A DNA stretch of 38,373 nucleotides. Origin: Chloropicon primus. Its lineage: Eukaryota. This document shows positions 19,883-29,349 of this stretch, in pieces. The stretch is from positions 1,116,001 to 1,154,373 of the forward strand of contig CP060759.1 in assembly GCA_023205875.1 (NCBI GenBank), given 5' to 3'. Numbering within the stretch: position 1 is the first letter of the stretch; the number at the start of each line of letters is the position of its first letter. The notes beneath the pieces are model-generated. The model was not told the DNA's origin. It did no database searches and worked only from the letters and a program-made list of their open reading frames with translations. A program made the translations under genes and the position numbers.

Positions 19883-21469
19883 TTAGCTCAGTGGCTGGTA
19901 ACTGAAAACAAGAGGCTTGGAGATCTGAGAATACTTCTTGTCCTCGAACATGTCAAGGAACTCCTTGCCGAGCTTTGGCTTGATCGTGTCAATATCATAG
20001 GAGCTCATCGAGTGCCAACCGGTCTCCTGGCCCACAAGCATCATGGCGATCTGGTGGTACCACTCCACGCAGTCGCAATCGGCGTCCGCGCAGCTGCCTG
20101 TGAGCGGTGGTGGTGTTGCAGTTTCGGCGGGGAACCCATCTGGGCATTTGTTCTCGGGGTGCATCCAAGTGACGCAAGACTGCTTGGCCATCTCCCTGCA
20201 CATCACACTGGAGATGAAGTCACGAGATCCAAACATCTCTGGGTATGCCCATCCGTAACCATGAACCGTCAGCATGTGGAAGGCCTCCTCGACCAGGACG
20301 CTCCTTGCTCGTTTCCCGTGACCGCTGAGCTTCGTCGTCCAAGTCTGCGCAGAATACCCGTAACGGAATCCGTGCTGATACAGGTCATCGCCCTTCATCT
20401 CCTCGTCCCTGTCGCCACCACCTTGGAGGATGGGTCCGCCGTCCGCCAGATCAAGGGATTTGGCGATTTCCCGGTTGTCCGCAACGCCGTCCTGGTTCTG
20501 ATCCAGAAGCTCAGCAATAATGTTCGCAGCTTGCAGCATGTACTCGTCAGGGAAGTTCTTGGTGCCGGCCACAGGGAAGCGGAAGGTGCTCCTCTCGTTG
20601 TCAGCATCTTTCAGGGCGACCAAAATGCACTTGGTGAAACCCTGCTTCTCAAGGCCTTCCTTTTGCTCGCGAGTGAATGCGTCCTCCCTCTGGCAGTCGC
20701 CAACGACGAAAGTCGTGTTGAAGGCAGGCAGCCGCGGGAACTCACTATCGACAGGCCCGTCGATTCTCCTTCCGGAGTCTCTCACTGGCTCCCTCTTGGA
20801 CTCGTCCTTCGTTGGCACCGTGCAGTTCGTGAAGTCGCTTTCAGGGTCGCACTTTTGCGACTTGACCAAGATCTTGAAGGCTCTGATCATCATCTTCAGG
20901 TCGCGCTTCTCGTCGGCGAAGAAAGCCTTGGTTGCTACGGGCACTTTCCCACCAGCGGTCGGGTAGTTCATCTCGTACTCGGGTCTATCAACCATAGGCT
21001 TCTCGTCGCCAGGCATGGGCTTCTCGTAAACAGGCTTCTCGCCAATAGGCATAGGCATGGGCTTCAGATCAACGTCAACAGGCTTCTCGCCAATAGGCAT
21101 AGGCATGGGCTTCGCGTCAACGTCAACAGGCTTCTCGCCAATAGGCATAGGCATGGGCTTCGCGTCAACGTCAACAGGCTTCTCGCCAATAGGCATAGGC
21201 ATGGGCTCCCCAATAGGCATAGGCATGGGCTTCGCGTCAACGTCAGTAGGCTTCTCCTCTGGGAAAGCGGTTATCCCCACGACGTTATCCTCTATCCTCG
21301 TTCCTACGACGCACTTTCCTTCTTTGTTGAATTGACACACTCCGGAGGAAGTGACCTTCCCCTCGCAGTCCAACGCGTTGGTAAAGCTCTCGCACATCAC
21401 TGCTCTTCCTGGTGCCACCAAGCTCGCCAGGAGGGTCACCCCCAGCACCAGCACCGTTCCTCGTCTCAT
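19883..21469 (-). CDS. Secreted protein: signal peptide, small Cys motif, Pro/Met-rich repeats, C-terminal EExxH zincin-like domain
   Basis: MRRGTVLVLGVTLLASLVAPGRA signal peptide; KPMPMPIGEKPVDVDA repeats; AANIIAELLDQNQDGVADN; VEEAFHMLTVHGYGWAYPEMFG; Cys-rich tail. Confidence 0.85.
   Translation of the reverse strand: MRRGTVLVLGVTLLASLVAPGRAVMCESFTNALDCEGKVTSSGVCQFNKEGKCVVGTRIEDNVVGITAFPEEKPTDVDAKPMPMPIGEPMPMPIGEKPVDVDAKPMPMPIGEKPVDVDAKPMPMPIGEKPVDVDLKPMPMPIGEKPVYEKPMPGDEKPMVDRPEYEMNYPTAGGKVPVATKAFFADEKRDLKMMIRAFKILVKSQKCDPESDFTNCTVPTKDESKREPVRDSGRRIDGPVDSEFPRLPAFNTTFVVGDCQREDAFTREQKEGLEKQGFTKCILVALKDADNERSTFRFPVAGTKNFPDEYMLQAANIIAELLDQNQDGVADNREIAKSLDLADGGPILQGGGDRDEEMKGDDLYQHGFRYGYSAQTWTTKLSGHGKRARSVLVEEAFHMLTVHGYGWAYPEMFGSRDFISSVMCREMAKQSCVTWMHPENKCPDGFPAETATPPPLTGSCADADCDCVEWYHQIAMMLVGQETGWHSMSSYDIDTIKPKLGKEFLDMFEDKKYSQISKPLVFSYQPLS
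21029..21256 (-). repeat. Coding tandem repeat, 48-bp unit (16 aa), about 4.5 copies including one half unit
   Basis: Near-identical units ggcttctcgccaataggcataggcatgggcttcgcgtcaacgtcaaca on the + strand. Confidence 0.95.
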
Positions 21470-21637
21470 CCCTCCCCCCCCTCTCTCTCTCTTTCTTCCG
21501 TGTTTTGTGTTTTATTTTGTTCCCAAGCAAGCAAGCAAGCAAGACTTGTTTGTTTGTTGGAAGGCAAGCAAGCCGGCGTCTTGGGTTGGCCGCGGCCCTT
21601 CCTTTTTTTTGGATGCCTTGCCTTGCCCTTCCTTCTC

Positions 21638-21666
21638 CCTAAAACCTAAACCTAAAACCTAAAACC
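21638..21666 (-). repeat. Interstitial telomeric repeat (CCTAAAA, CCTAAA, CCTAAAA, CCTAAAA, CC)
   Basis: Reverse complement of the terminal TTTTAGG unit, lying in the divergent intergenic region 21470-21801. Confidence 0.85.
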
Positions 21667-21801
21667 GGCCAAAGAAGAGAAAAACGAGAAGAAGTTTTCC
21701 CGCGCAGGAGAGAACGCAGCGCAGGAGCGACCAAGCGACCAAGCCAAGCGAGGAGGAGAGAGGAGAGAGGAGAGAGGAGAGAGGAGAGGAGGGACGGGAG
21801 G

Positions 21802-22476
21802 ATGGGGCGAGGGTACTGGAACTGGAAAGCGTGGCTGCTGGTGGTGGTGGTGTCGTACTGGCTCATGGGGGGGACCAGTAAGTACGCAAGGAAGGAAGGG
21901 GGGACCAGTTGGGCAAACCCACTTCACGGGGTCGTCACGACGACGACGGCGCTGGCCAACGTGCTGAGCGGATCGCACTCGATATTCGAGGCGCTGGGCC
22001 AGGCGCCCCCGGCGGACGAGGGGTCGCTCAAGGCGCTGGCGAGGAACATCACGACGGACATGGATCAGCTCGTGACGGTCTTCGAGGAGTTTTTGGACTC
22101 GAGGGAGGACAAGGACGAGCTCAAGGATGCCTTCAGGGACTTCCTCGAGGACAGGGCGTCCACAAGCTTTGCGTCCGTGGAGAAGACCCTCGACTCCATA
22201 CTCTCCTTGTACAAGCTCCTGCTTCCCTTCCTGCTCTTCAGCCTGCTGGGCAACATCCTGGCCAGGAATGATGCGGGGGAGGGTGCGCTGGGCGACCCGG
22301 AGCGGTGGCAAAGTGCGCCGAGCCGCAGGGGCTCCCCGAGCGGAGCGAGGAAGCAAAAGGCGAGGGCGATCGGGAAGGTCTCTGCTCCGTCCTCAAGGGC
22401 GAAGAAGGTCGTGCACGCCAAGGAGTTCGAAGGGCGAGACGTGTCGCCCATGTCTGTCTTTGCGGATCACGGCTAG
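21802..22476 (+). CDS. Hypothetical membrane protein, 224 aa
   Basis: ATG-initiated ORF with high GC3, hydrophobic segments WLLVVVVSYWLMG and ILSLYKLLLPFLLFSLLGNIL, and TGTAA at ~22528. Confidence 0.75.
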   Translation: MGRGYWNWKAWLLVVVVSYWLMGGTSKYARKEGGTSWANPLHGVVTTTTALANVLSGSHSIFEALGQAPPADEGSLKALARNITTDMDQLVTVFEEFLDSREDKDELKDAFRDFLEDRASTSFASVEKTLDSILSLYKLLLPFLLFSLLGNILARNDAGEGALGDPERWQSAPSRRGSPSGARKQKARAIGKVSAPSSRAKKVVHAKEFEGRDVSPMSVFADHG

Positions 22477-22683
22477 GCCACCGGACTTGCCAAGCCTTGG
22501 GCTCGATCTCGTTGTACGATAGCGCTGTGTAACATATATCAAAGTTTAGGGTCCTATAAATCCCAAACTCGTATGAATCAATTCTTTATTCCTCTATTTT
22601 GCAGGCTACTGTTTCTACTACGGTTCGCCGACCCTCAAGTCACCTGGAGCGCCCACGCGCTGCTCCTTTAAGACACGCGGCCT

Positions 22684-25188
22684 CTACAACTCCTCCTTGT
22701 CGGCGAAATCAAAATCCACCGTTTCCTCCTCCGCTGCTTCCTCCTCCTCCTCCTCCTTCTTCTCCTCCTCGTAAACAAAGTCGTCCACAATCGGAGCATC
22801 CTTGTCCACACCAAGCTTGTCGTTCAGCACGTTGTACACGGCCTTGGCGTACATCCTTGGATCCTGGGGCTCGAAGCCACTCTCCAGCAAGGAGGTCTCG
22901 TACATGAGGGTGGCCGCCTCCTTCACCTCTTGAGCCTCCGCGTCGTCCTCGTACAAGGCCTTCAGCTTCTTGATGCTTGGGTGCCAGGGATTGATCTCAA
23001 GAACCTTCTTGCCCAAGTACATCTTCGCGGCGTTCTTGTCGGCCATGGCTTGGGCCTTCACGATCTTCTCCATGTTCGCGGTGTAACCGTACTTGCTGCT
23101 CACCACGACGCATGGGGAGTCCACCAAGCGGTTGCTCACCTTCACCGAGTCAATATCAGGGCGGGAAGAGCTCAGGAGCTCCTTCCACCACTTGGTGAAG
23201 GGTCTGAAGTGCTGCCTGACCTGCTTCTGCTTCTTCTTGTCGTCGTCCGTGTCGTCCAAGGACAAGTCCTCCTTGGCGGCGTTCTGGAACTTGTAGTCGT
23301 TGAACTCCACGAGGTACTGCATGAGGTACTCGTCCAGGGGCTCGGTGAAGTAGATCACCTCGTAGCCACGCTTCTTCAGCTTCTCCGCGAAGGGGCTCGA
23401 CTTCACCTCCTCGACCGATCCGCCGATCAAGTAGTACATCTTCTTTTGGTTCTCCGGCATTCTGGAGATGTAGGACGCGAAGTCCGTGAAGGCGTCATCC
23501 TCCTCGTTGTTGAACTCAGAGTGAGAGGACTTAAACCTGATGAGCTTGCTCAGCCTGATCCTGTTGGGCTGGTCCTCGATGACGCCCATCTTCAAGTAAG
23601 GCCCGTAAGTCTTCCAGAACTCCGTGTACATCGTGTCGGGCTCCTCCTCGTTCTCGTCCTTGTCCGCCTTCTCCTTGTCCGCCATCTTCTTCAGCATGTC
23701 CAAGGTCTTCCTGATGAGCTTCTTCTTGATCGTCTTGAGCGAGGCGTGGTGCTGGAGGGACTCCCTGTTCACGTTCAGGGGCAATGTGTCCGAGTCTACC
23801 ACGCCGATGACAAAGTTCAAGTACGACGGAATCAGGTCGCTGAAGCTGTCCGAGATGAAGACCCTCCTGACGAAGAGCTTGATTCTACTCCTGGTCCCCA
23901 TGCCCTGAGCCTGGCCCCGCTCCTGCTGCTGCAGCTCCCTTGGCTTGTCCTTGGGGATGTAGAGGATCGACCTGAACTCCACGTCACCCTCGGCCTTGAA
24001 GTGGGACTTGGCAAAGGGCTCCGGGTCGGCGGTGTGGAACTGGCCCTTGGCGATGGTCTTGAAGAACGCGGAGTACTCCTCGTCCTCGACCTCGCTCGGG
24101 TTCCTCAGCCAGATGGCCTTGGCGTCGTTCTTCCTCCTCCACACTTCCTCAGTGATGGTCTTGGTCACCATCTTGGGTCCCTCTTCCTCGTCCTCTTCCT
24201 CTTCCTCTTCCTCGTCGTCGTCGTTGTCGTCGTCGTTGTCGTCCTCGTCGTCGTCCACGATCTCGTCCTCCTCCGTGGCCTCCACCTCAATGTCCCTCTT
24301 CTCCTCCTCCAGCAGGAAGATGGGGTAGTTGATGAACTGGGAGTACTGCTTCACGAGGTCGGCGAGGACGTTCTGGTCGAGGTACTCCTTGGCCTCCTCC
24401 TTGATGAAGAGGTTCAGCTGGGTGCCGCGCCCGAGGGGTCTCTCCTCGGCGAGGGGGTCTTCGTACACCGCGAAGTTGCCGTCGGCCGCGCTCTCCCACA
24501 CGTGCTGCCCGTCGTCCCCGTTGCCCTTGCTCACCACCTGGACCTTGTCCGCGGCGAGGAAGGCGGAGTAGAACCCCACGCCGAACTGCCCGATGAGGTT
24601 CATCCCGCTCGCGTCCCCGTCCTCCGCCTCGTCCCCGTCCCCTCCCACGGCCCCCTTGGTGACCTGGTCGATGAACGCGCTCGTCCCGCTCTTTGCTATA
24701 GTTCCCAGGTTCCTCACGAGCTCCTCCTTGGTCATGCCCACTCCGGTGTCCCTGATCACGAGGACGCCCTTCTCCTTGTCGACCGAGATGCGGACTTCAA
24801 GCTCCTTTCCCGTGCGGAGTGCGTCCGGGTCCGTCAGGCTCAGCAGCCTTATCTTGTCCAGGGCGTCCGAGGCGTTCGATATCAGTTCCCTGAGGAAGAT
24901 GTCCTTGTTGCTGTACAGGGAGTTGATAATGATGTCCAGAAGCCTGGAAACCTCCGCCTGGAACGTGAAGGTCTCCGAAGCCGCCGCCGCCGTCGTCGTC
25001 GTCGTCGTTGTTGTTGAAGCAGCAGCAGCAGCGTGTTCCGCCTGAGCCCAGCAGCCGGGCGTGTAGGCTAGTGCGACGACGAGTACGATCCCCATCGTGA
25101 GTATTGTTGCTTGCTTGTATTTGTATTTGTTTTGTTTTCCATGCTGATGTTGGTGTTGCTGATGTTTATTGTTGTATCCCATCCTCAT
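22684..25188 (-). CDS. HSP90B: Endoplasmin / GRP94 (ER HSP90)
   Basis: FQAEVSRLLDIIINSLYSNKDIFLRELISNASDALDK, NLGTIAKSGT, IGQFGVGFYS, acidic linker, signal peptide ILTMGIVLVVALAYTPGCWA, C-terminal KEEL. Start ATG 25188 or 25182. Confidence 0.97.
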   Translation of the reverse strand: MRMGYNNKHQQHQHQHGKQNKYKYKQATILTMGIVLVVALAYTPGCWAQAEHAAAAASTTTTTTTTAAAASETFTFQAEVSRLLDIIINSLYSNKDIFLRELISNASDALDKIRLLSLTDPDALRTGKELEVRISVDKEKGVLVIRDTGVGMTKEELVRNLGTIAKSGTSAFIDQVTKGAVGGDGDEAEDGDASGMNLIGQFGVGFYSAFLAADKVQVVSKGNGDDGQHVWESAADGNFAVYEDPLAEERPLGRGTQLNLFIKEEAKEYLDQNVLADLVKQYSQFINYPIFLLEEEKRDIEVEATEEDEIVDDDEDDNDDDNDDDEEEEEEEDEEEGPKMVTKTITEEVWRRKNDAKAIWLRNPSEVEDEEYSAFFKTIAKGQFHTADPEPFAKSHFKAEGDVEFRSILYIPKDKPRELQQQERGQAQGMGTRSRIKLFVRRVFISDSFSDLIPSYLNFVIGVVDSDTLPLNVNRESLQHHASLKTIKKKLIRKTLDMLKKMADKEKADKDENEEEPDTMYTEFWKTYGPYLKMGVIEDQPNRIRLSKLIRFKSSHSEFNNEEDDAFTDFASYISRMPENQKKMYYLIGGSVEEVKSSPFAEKLKKRGYEVIYFTEPLDEYLMQYLVEFNDYKFQNAAKEDLSLDDTDDDKKKQKQVRQHFRPFTKWWKELLSSSRPDIDSVKVSNRLVDSPCVVVSSKYGYTANMEKIVKAQAMADKNAAKMYLGKKVLEINPWHPSIKKLKALYEDDAEAQEVKEAATLMYETSLLESGFEPQDPRMYAKAVYNVLNDKLGVDKDAPIVDDFVYEEEKKEEEEEEAAEEETVDFDFADKEEL

Positions 25189-25983
25189 CCTGTCCCGGAT
25201 GCGACCCACGTCGTCCTCCCCCTCGTCCTCCTCGATCGATCGTGTTGTTCCTCTTCCTCTTCCTCTCGTGAGGTGAGTGAGGGGGAGGGGGTTTTGGGTT
25301 GGCGGGAAGGTGTTGGAAATTTCCTCTCTCCTCCTCGGGGTTACCGTTGTTCGAGATCGAGGGGGGGGGGGGGTTCGTGTTGGTGGGATTTGATTTGGGG
25401 ATTTGTGATTTGGGGAGGTGGTGGGGGATTCCGAATGGAACACTGTACCAAACACACAGGAAACCTACCCACAACACAAATCAAAAAAAAAAAAAATAAA
25501 AGAAGGAAAGAGAAAGGAAGGGAAGGGACAAAAACAGGACGCCCTCCCCGACCACGGCCACGACGACGACGACGACGGAAGAAGAAGAACAAGAAGGGTT
25601 TAGCACTTTCGTTTTCCTTTTGTTGTCCTCCTCCTTGGTGTAGGGGAACCAGGACCCCACGACCCCAGGACTCGCGTCTTCCCTCGCTTCTCTCTCGTCA
25701 CCCAATACCACCCAGGCCGCCACCTCCCCCGAGCCAGAACAACCCCACCCGGACACGAGGAGAACCGGGAGAACCGGGAGAACCAAACCCTGGCGGGCGG
25801 GATCCAACACAACACAACACAACACAAGGGGAAACGGAAACGGAAACGGAAGGGGAAAAAACACAACAAAACAACACACGGGGGGCGTTCGGTCGTGTCG
25901 GTCGTGTCGGTCGCCTTGCATTCAGTCAGTCATTTCATTCATTCGTTCACCTTTCATCGTCAGGGTAAACAAAACAAAACACC

Positions 25984-28005
25984 ATGGCGCACAAGAAAGT
26001 GAGCCAGTTCCGTTACACGGTGTTCGGAGCGACCGCAGCCTTGCTCGTGCTCGCGCTGTGCCTCAACCCCGCGCTCGTGAGGGCCGAGGACGATGCGGAG
26101 GAGGAAAAGAAGGACGGGAAGATCGGGACCACCATCGGTATCGATCTGGGTACCACGTACTCTTGCGTAGGTGTCTACAAGAACGGAAGGGTGGAGATCA
26201 TTGCCAACGAGCAGGGTAACCGTATCACCCCCTCCTACGTCGCCTTCACCGACCAGGAGAGGCTCATCGGAGACGCCGCCAAGAACCAGGCCACCACCAA
26301 CCCGGAGAGGACCATCTACGACGTCAAGCGTCTGATCGGTAGGGACTTCAAGGACAACACCGTGCAGAAGGACAAGAAGCTCCTTTCGTACGACATCGTG
26401 GACAAGGCCGGAAAGCCTTACGTCAGCACCAAGATGTCCAGCGGGGACGAGGAGAAGGTCTTCTCCCCCGAGGAGATCAGTGCCATGATCCTGACCAAGA
26501 TGAAGGACATCGCCGAGGGCTTCCTCGGAAAGAAGGTCAAGAACGCCGTCGTCACCGTCCCTGCGTACTTCAACGACGCCCAGAGGCAGGCCACCAAGGA
26601 CGCCGGAACCATTGCCGGGTTGAACGTCGCTAGGGTCATCAACGAGCCTACCGCCGCTGCCATCGCCTACGGACTCGACAAGAAGGGGGGAGAGAAGAAC
26701 ATCTTGGTCTTCGACTTGGGTGGAGGAACCTTCGATGTCTCCATCCTTACCATCGACAACGGAGTCTTCGAGGTCATCTCCACCAACGGAGATACCCACT
26801 TGGGAGGAGAGGATTTCGATCAGCGCGTCATGCAGTACTTCATCAAGCTCGTCAAGAAGAAGTACCAGAAGGACTTGACCACGGACAAGCGCGCCATGCA
26901 GAAGCTGAGGAGGGCCTGCGAGAGGGCGAAGAGGGCTCTTTCCTCCCAGCACCAGGTCAGAGTTGAGGTCGAGTCCCTCATCGATGGAGTCGATCTGTCC
27001 GAGCCCCTCACCAGGGCCAGGTTCGAGGAGCTCAACGCCGACTTGTTCAAGAAGACCTTGACCCCTGTCAAGAAGGCCATGAACGACGCGGGATTGGAGA
27101 AGTCCGAGATCGACGACATCGTCCTCGTCGGAGGCTCCACCAGAATTCCAAAGGTCCAGGACCTCCTCAAGCAGTACTTCGACGGCAAGGAGCCAAGCAA
27201 GGGCATCAACCCCGACGAGGCCGTGGCCTACGGAGCCGCCGTCCAGGGAGGTATCCTCTCCGGAGAGGGTGGCGAGGAGACCGACTCCTTGCTTCTTTTG
27301 GATGTCGCCCCATTGTCCCTGGGTATCGAGACCGTGGGAGGCATCCTCACCAAGCTCATTCCAAGGAACACCGTCATCCCAACCAAGAAGACCCAGACCT
27401 TCACCACCTACCAGGACCAGCAGACCACTGTGACCATCAAGGTGTTCGAGGGAGAGAGAGCCAAGACGGCCGACTGCCACTTGCTGGGCTCGTTCGACCT
27501 CACCGGCATTCCTGCTGCCCCTAGGGGAACCCCCGAGATCGAGGTCACCTTCGAGGTCGACGCCGACGGTATCTTGAACGTCGGTGCCGTCGAGAAGAGC
27601 ACCAACAAGGAGGAGAAGATCACAATCGTGAACGAGAAGGGCCGCCTGAGCGACGAGGAGATCGAGAGGATGGTCTTGGAGGCCGAGGAGTTCGAGGAGG
27701 AGGACAAGAAGGTCAAGGCCAAGGTGGCCGAGAGGAACGTCATCGAGAGCATGATCTTCGGCGCCAAGCAGAAGCTCGAGGAGGACGCCGAGTACTTCGA
27801 GGAGGACGACAAGGACGCCTTGGAGGAGGCCGTCCAGTCCGCCTTGGACTGGTTGGACGAGAACCTCGAGGCTGACCTTGAGGACATCAAGGACAGGAGA
27901 ATGGATCTTGAGGACGAGATCAAGCCAATCCTCACCAGGGTCAAGAACGCCAAGGCTGACGCCGAGGAGGACGCCGCCTACGAGGAGGACAAGGAGGAGT
28001 TGTAA
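25984..28005 (+). CDS. BIP: Luminal binding protein BiP (ER HSP70)
   Basis: Signal peptide, [67 protein letters not shown]-terminal KEEL. Confidence 0.98.
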   Translation: MAHKKVSQFRYTVFGATAALLVLALCLNPALVRAEDDAEEEKKDGKIGTTIGIDLGTTYSCVGVYKNGRVEIIANEQGNRITPSYVAFTDQERLIGDAAKNQATTNPERTIYDVKRLIGRDFKDNTVQKDKKLLSYDIVDKAGKPYVSTKMSSGDEEKVFSPEEISAMILTKMKDIAEGFLGKKVKNAVVTVPAYFNDAQRQATKDAGTIAGLNVARVINEPTAAAIAYGLDKKGGEKNILVFDLGGGTFDVSILTIDNGVFEVISTNGDTHLGGEDFDQRVMQYFIKLVKKKYQKDLTTDKRAMQKLRRACERAKRALSSQHQVRVEVESLIDGVDLSEPLTRARFEELNADLFKKTLTPVKKAMNDAGLEKSEIDDIVLVGGSTRIPKVQDLLKQYFDGKEPSKGINPDEAVAYGAAVQGGILSGEGGEETDSLLLLDVAPLSLGIETVGGILTKLIPRNTVIPTKKTQTFTTYQDQQTTVTIKVFEGERAKTADCHLLGSFDLTGIPAAPRGTPEIEVTFEVDADGILNVGAVEKSTNKEEKITIVNEKGRLSDEEIERMVLEAEEFEEEDKKVKAKVAERNVIESMIFGAKQKLEEDAEYFEEDDKDALEEAVQSALDWLDENLEADLEDIKDRRMDLEDEIKPILTRVKNAKADAEEDAAYEEDKEEL

Positions 28006-28465
28006 GCTTGCAACAGCCTCTAGTGGTTTGGAGCTTGATAAAAACAACACACAATACACAGCAGTGAAACAAAAGCACGAGCGCAAACAGTTGCGGCTCG
28101 GTTTTGTTTTCCCTTGACAAGTTCTAAGGTGTTTAAAAAAATAGCCTTATAATAGCAAACTTATATTCTTTGTGTTCGTTCCTTCAAAATCCTGCATGAT
28201 CAAGGATTGATTCAGGGGCGTGGCCTCCGTATTCTCTCCGGGTGCAGCAAGTTCAGTCCGTTGCCTCTTGTCTTCGTGTGTGCTTTCCCCGGTCCCCGTG
28301 AGGCATTCCTTCCCTTGCCATCCCCCATCCCCTCGCTCCTCGCTCCATGCCAAAGTCCTCCTTTCAAAAAAATCACAGGAAGCGAGGAGCAGAGGACAGA
28401 GAGATAGCGGGAGAGGGAAGGGGCGACCACCACCACCACCACGGAACACGAGACACATAGAGACC

Positions 28466-28604
28466 ATGGTAAGCAGGACAACGCACGACGCGACACAACG
28501 ACGCCACGACGCGACGCGACGCGACGCACCTCGGACAACACGCGAGTGTGCTTGGGCACCCCGAAACCCAACGTAAAACAAGCAAGCCCCGCGCGCGCGC
28601 GTGT

Positions 28605-28635
<31 letters not shown>

Positions 28636-29073
28636 GCCGGATCGAACGGAGGAGGAGCACGAAGGAACTAACGAGTGATTTCTTGTCTTGCACGCTCTTG
28701 CGGTTCTTGCCGCCCCGGTGTACCTCGCAGGAGTCCAACAACCAAGACCCCAACAACACAGCCGATCTGACGGACTTTGTCCAGAACCTTTTGCAGCAGA
28801 TGGTAAGTGGTGGAGGCGAGGGAAAGAGGGCCACCAAACAAAGAACCGGGGGGTAACGCCCCGCAGCCCCGCTCCCAAGTTCTGACCCACTGTTGTTTAA
28901 TCTTTGTCTTTCTCTCTCCTCAGCAAACTCGTTTCCAGCAAATGAGCGACTCCATCATAGGGCGTATTGACGAGATGGGCTCGAGGATAGACGACCTGGA
29001 GAAGAGCATCGGCGACCTCATCCAGCAGGCTGGTCTCGAGGAGGTGGACATGGGCGCCAAGCAGGAAAAGTAA
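28466..29073 (+). CDS. HSBP1: Heat shock factor-binding protein 1; exons 28466-28468 (ATG only), 28731-28802 and 28924-29073, 74 aa
   Basis: Spliced product [62 protein letters not shown]. Both introns are phase 0: GTAAGC..ACTAAC..GCAG and GTAAGT..CTGAC..TCAG. TGTAA at ~29109. Confidence 0.93.
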
Positions 29074-29349
29074 GCAGCCCACCCTCTCGACACACACGAG
29101 TACGTGTATGTAATACGAATCAGAATAAGAAAGAGAGTGAGAAAGAGAGTGAGAAAGAGAATCATATCCCCTACGAACAACCACAACGATGCGAGTGGAT
29201 TGGTTTGGATCCCTCCATGTCCTCGTTTTGTCTGTCCCCCCTTCCTTCCCCTTCCTTCCCTCATTGCCGTTCCTCTTGGAGGCGGGAACCCGAGCTGTCA
29301 GTCTTGCGCTGCGCGGAGGAGCGCGAGGAGGAGGAGCGCGAGGAGGGGG

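Noticed and set aside
21029..21256. Regularly spaced repeats as a possible CRISPR array
   Set aside because: Head-to-tail in-frame coding repeats with no unique spacers, no cas genes and a eukaryotic context.
19784..21649. 621-aa + strand ORF with NRLLANRHRHGL repeats
   Set aside because: Antisense shadow of the secreted protein, which has the signal peptide and coherent motifs.
22930..25017. 695-aa ORF antisense to GRP94
   Set aside because: Same GC3 shadow effect; the L/V-rich translation is the mirror of E/D/K codons.
25702..25724. CCAAT as a possible ERSE in the BiP/GRP94 promoter
   Set aside because: It is not followed by CCACG at N9 or CACG at N10.
25960..28086. 708-aa ORF antisense to BiP
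   Set aside because: Long antisense ORFs opposite HSP70 genes are a well-known by-product of strong codon bias; it mirrors the BiP codons and has no independent motifs.
28006..28465. Possible ncRNA or small ORF between BiP and HSBP1
   Set aside because: Only a short imperfect hairpin (~28189-28207); no recognisable snoRNA, snRNA or tRNA boxes.
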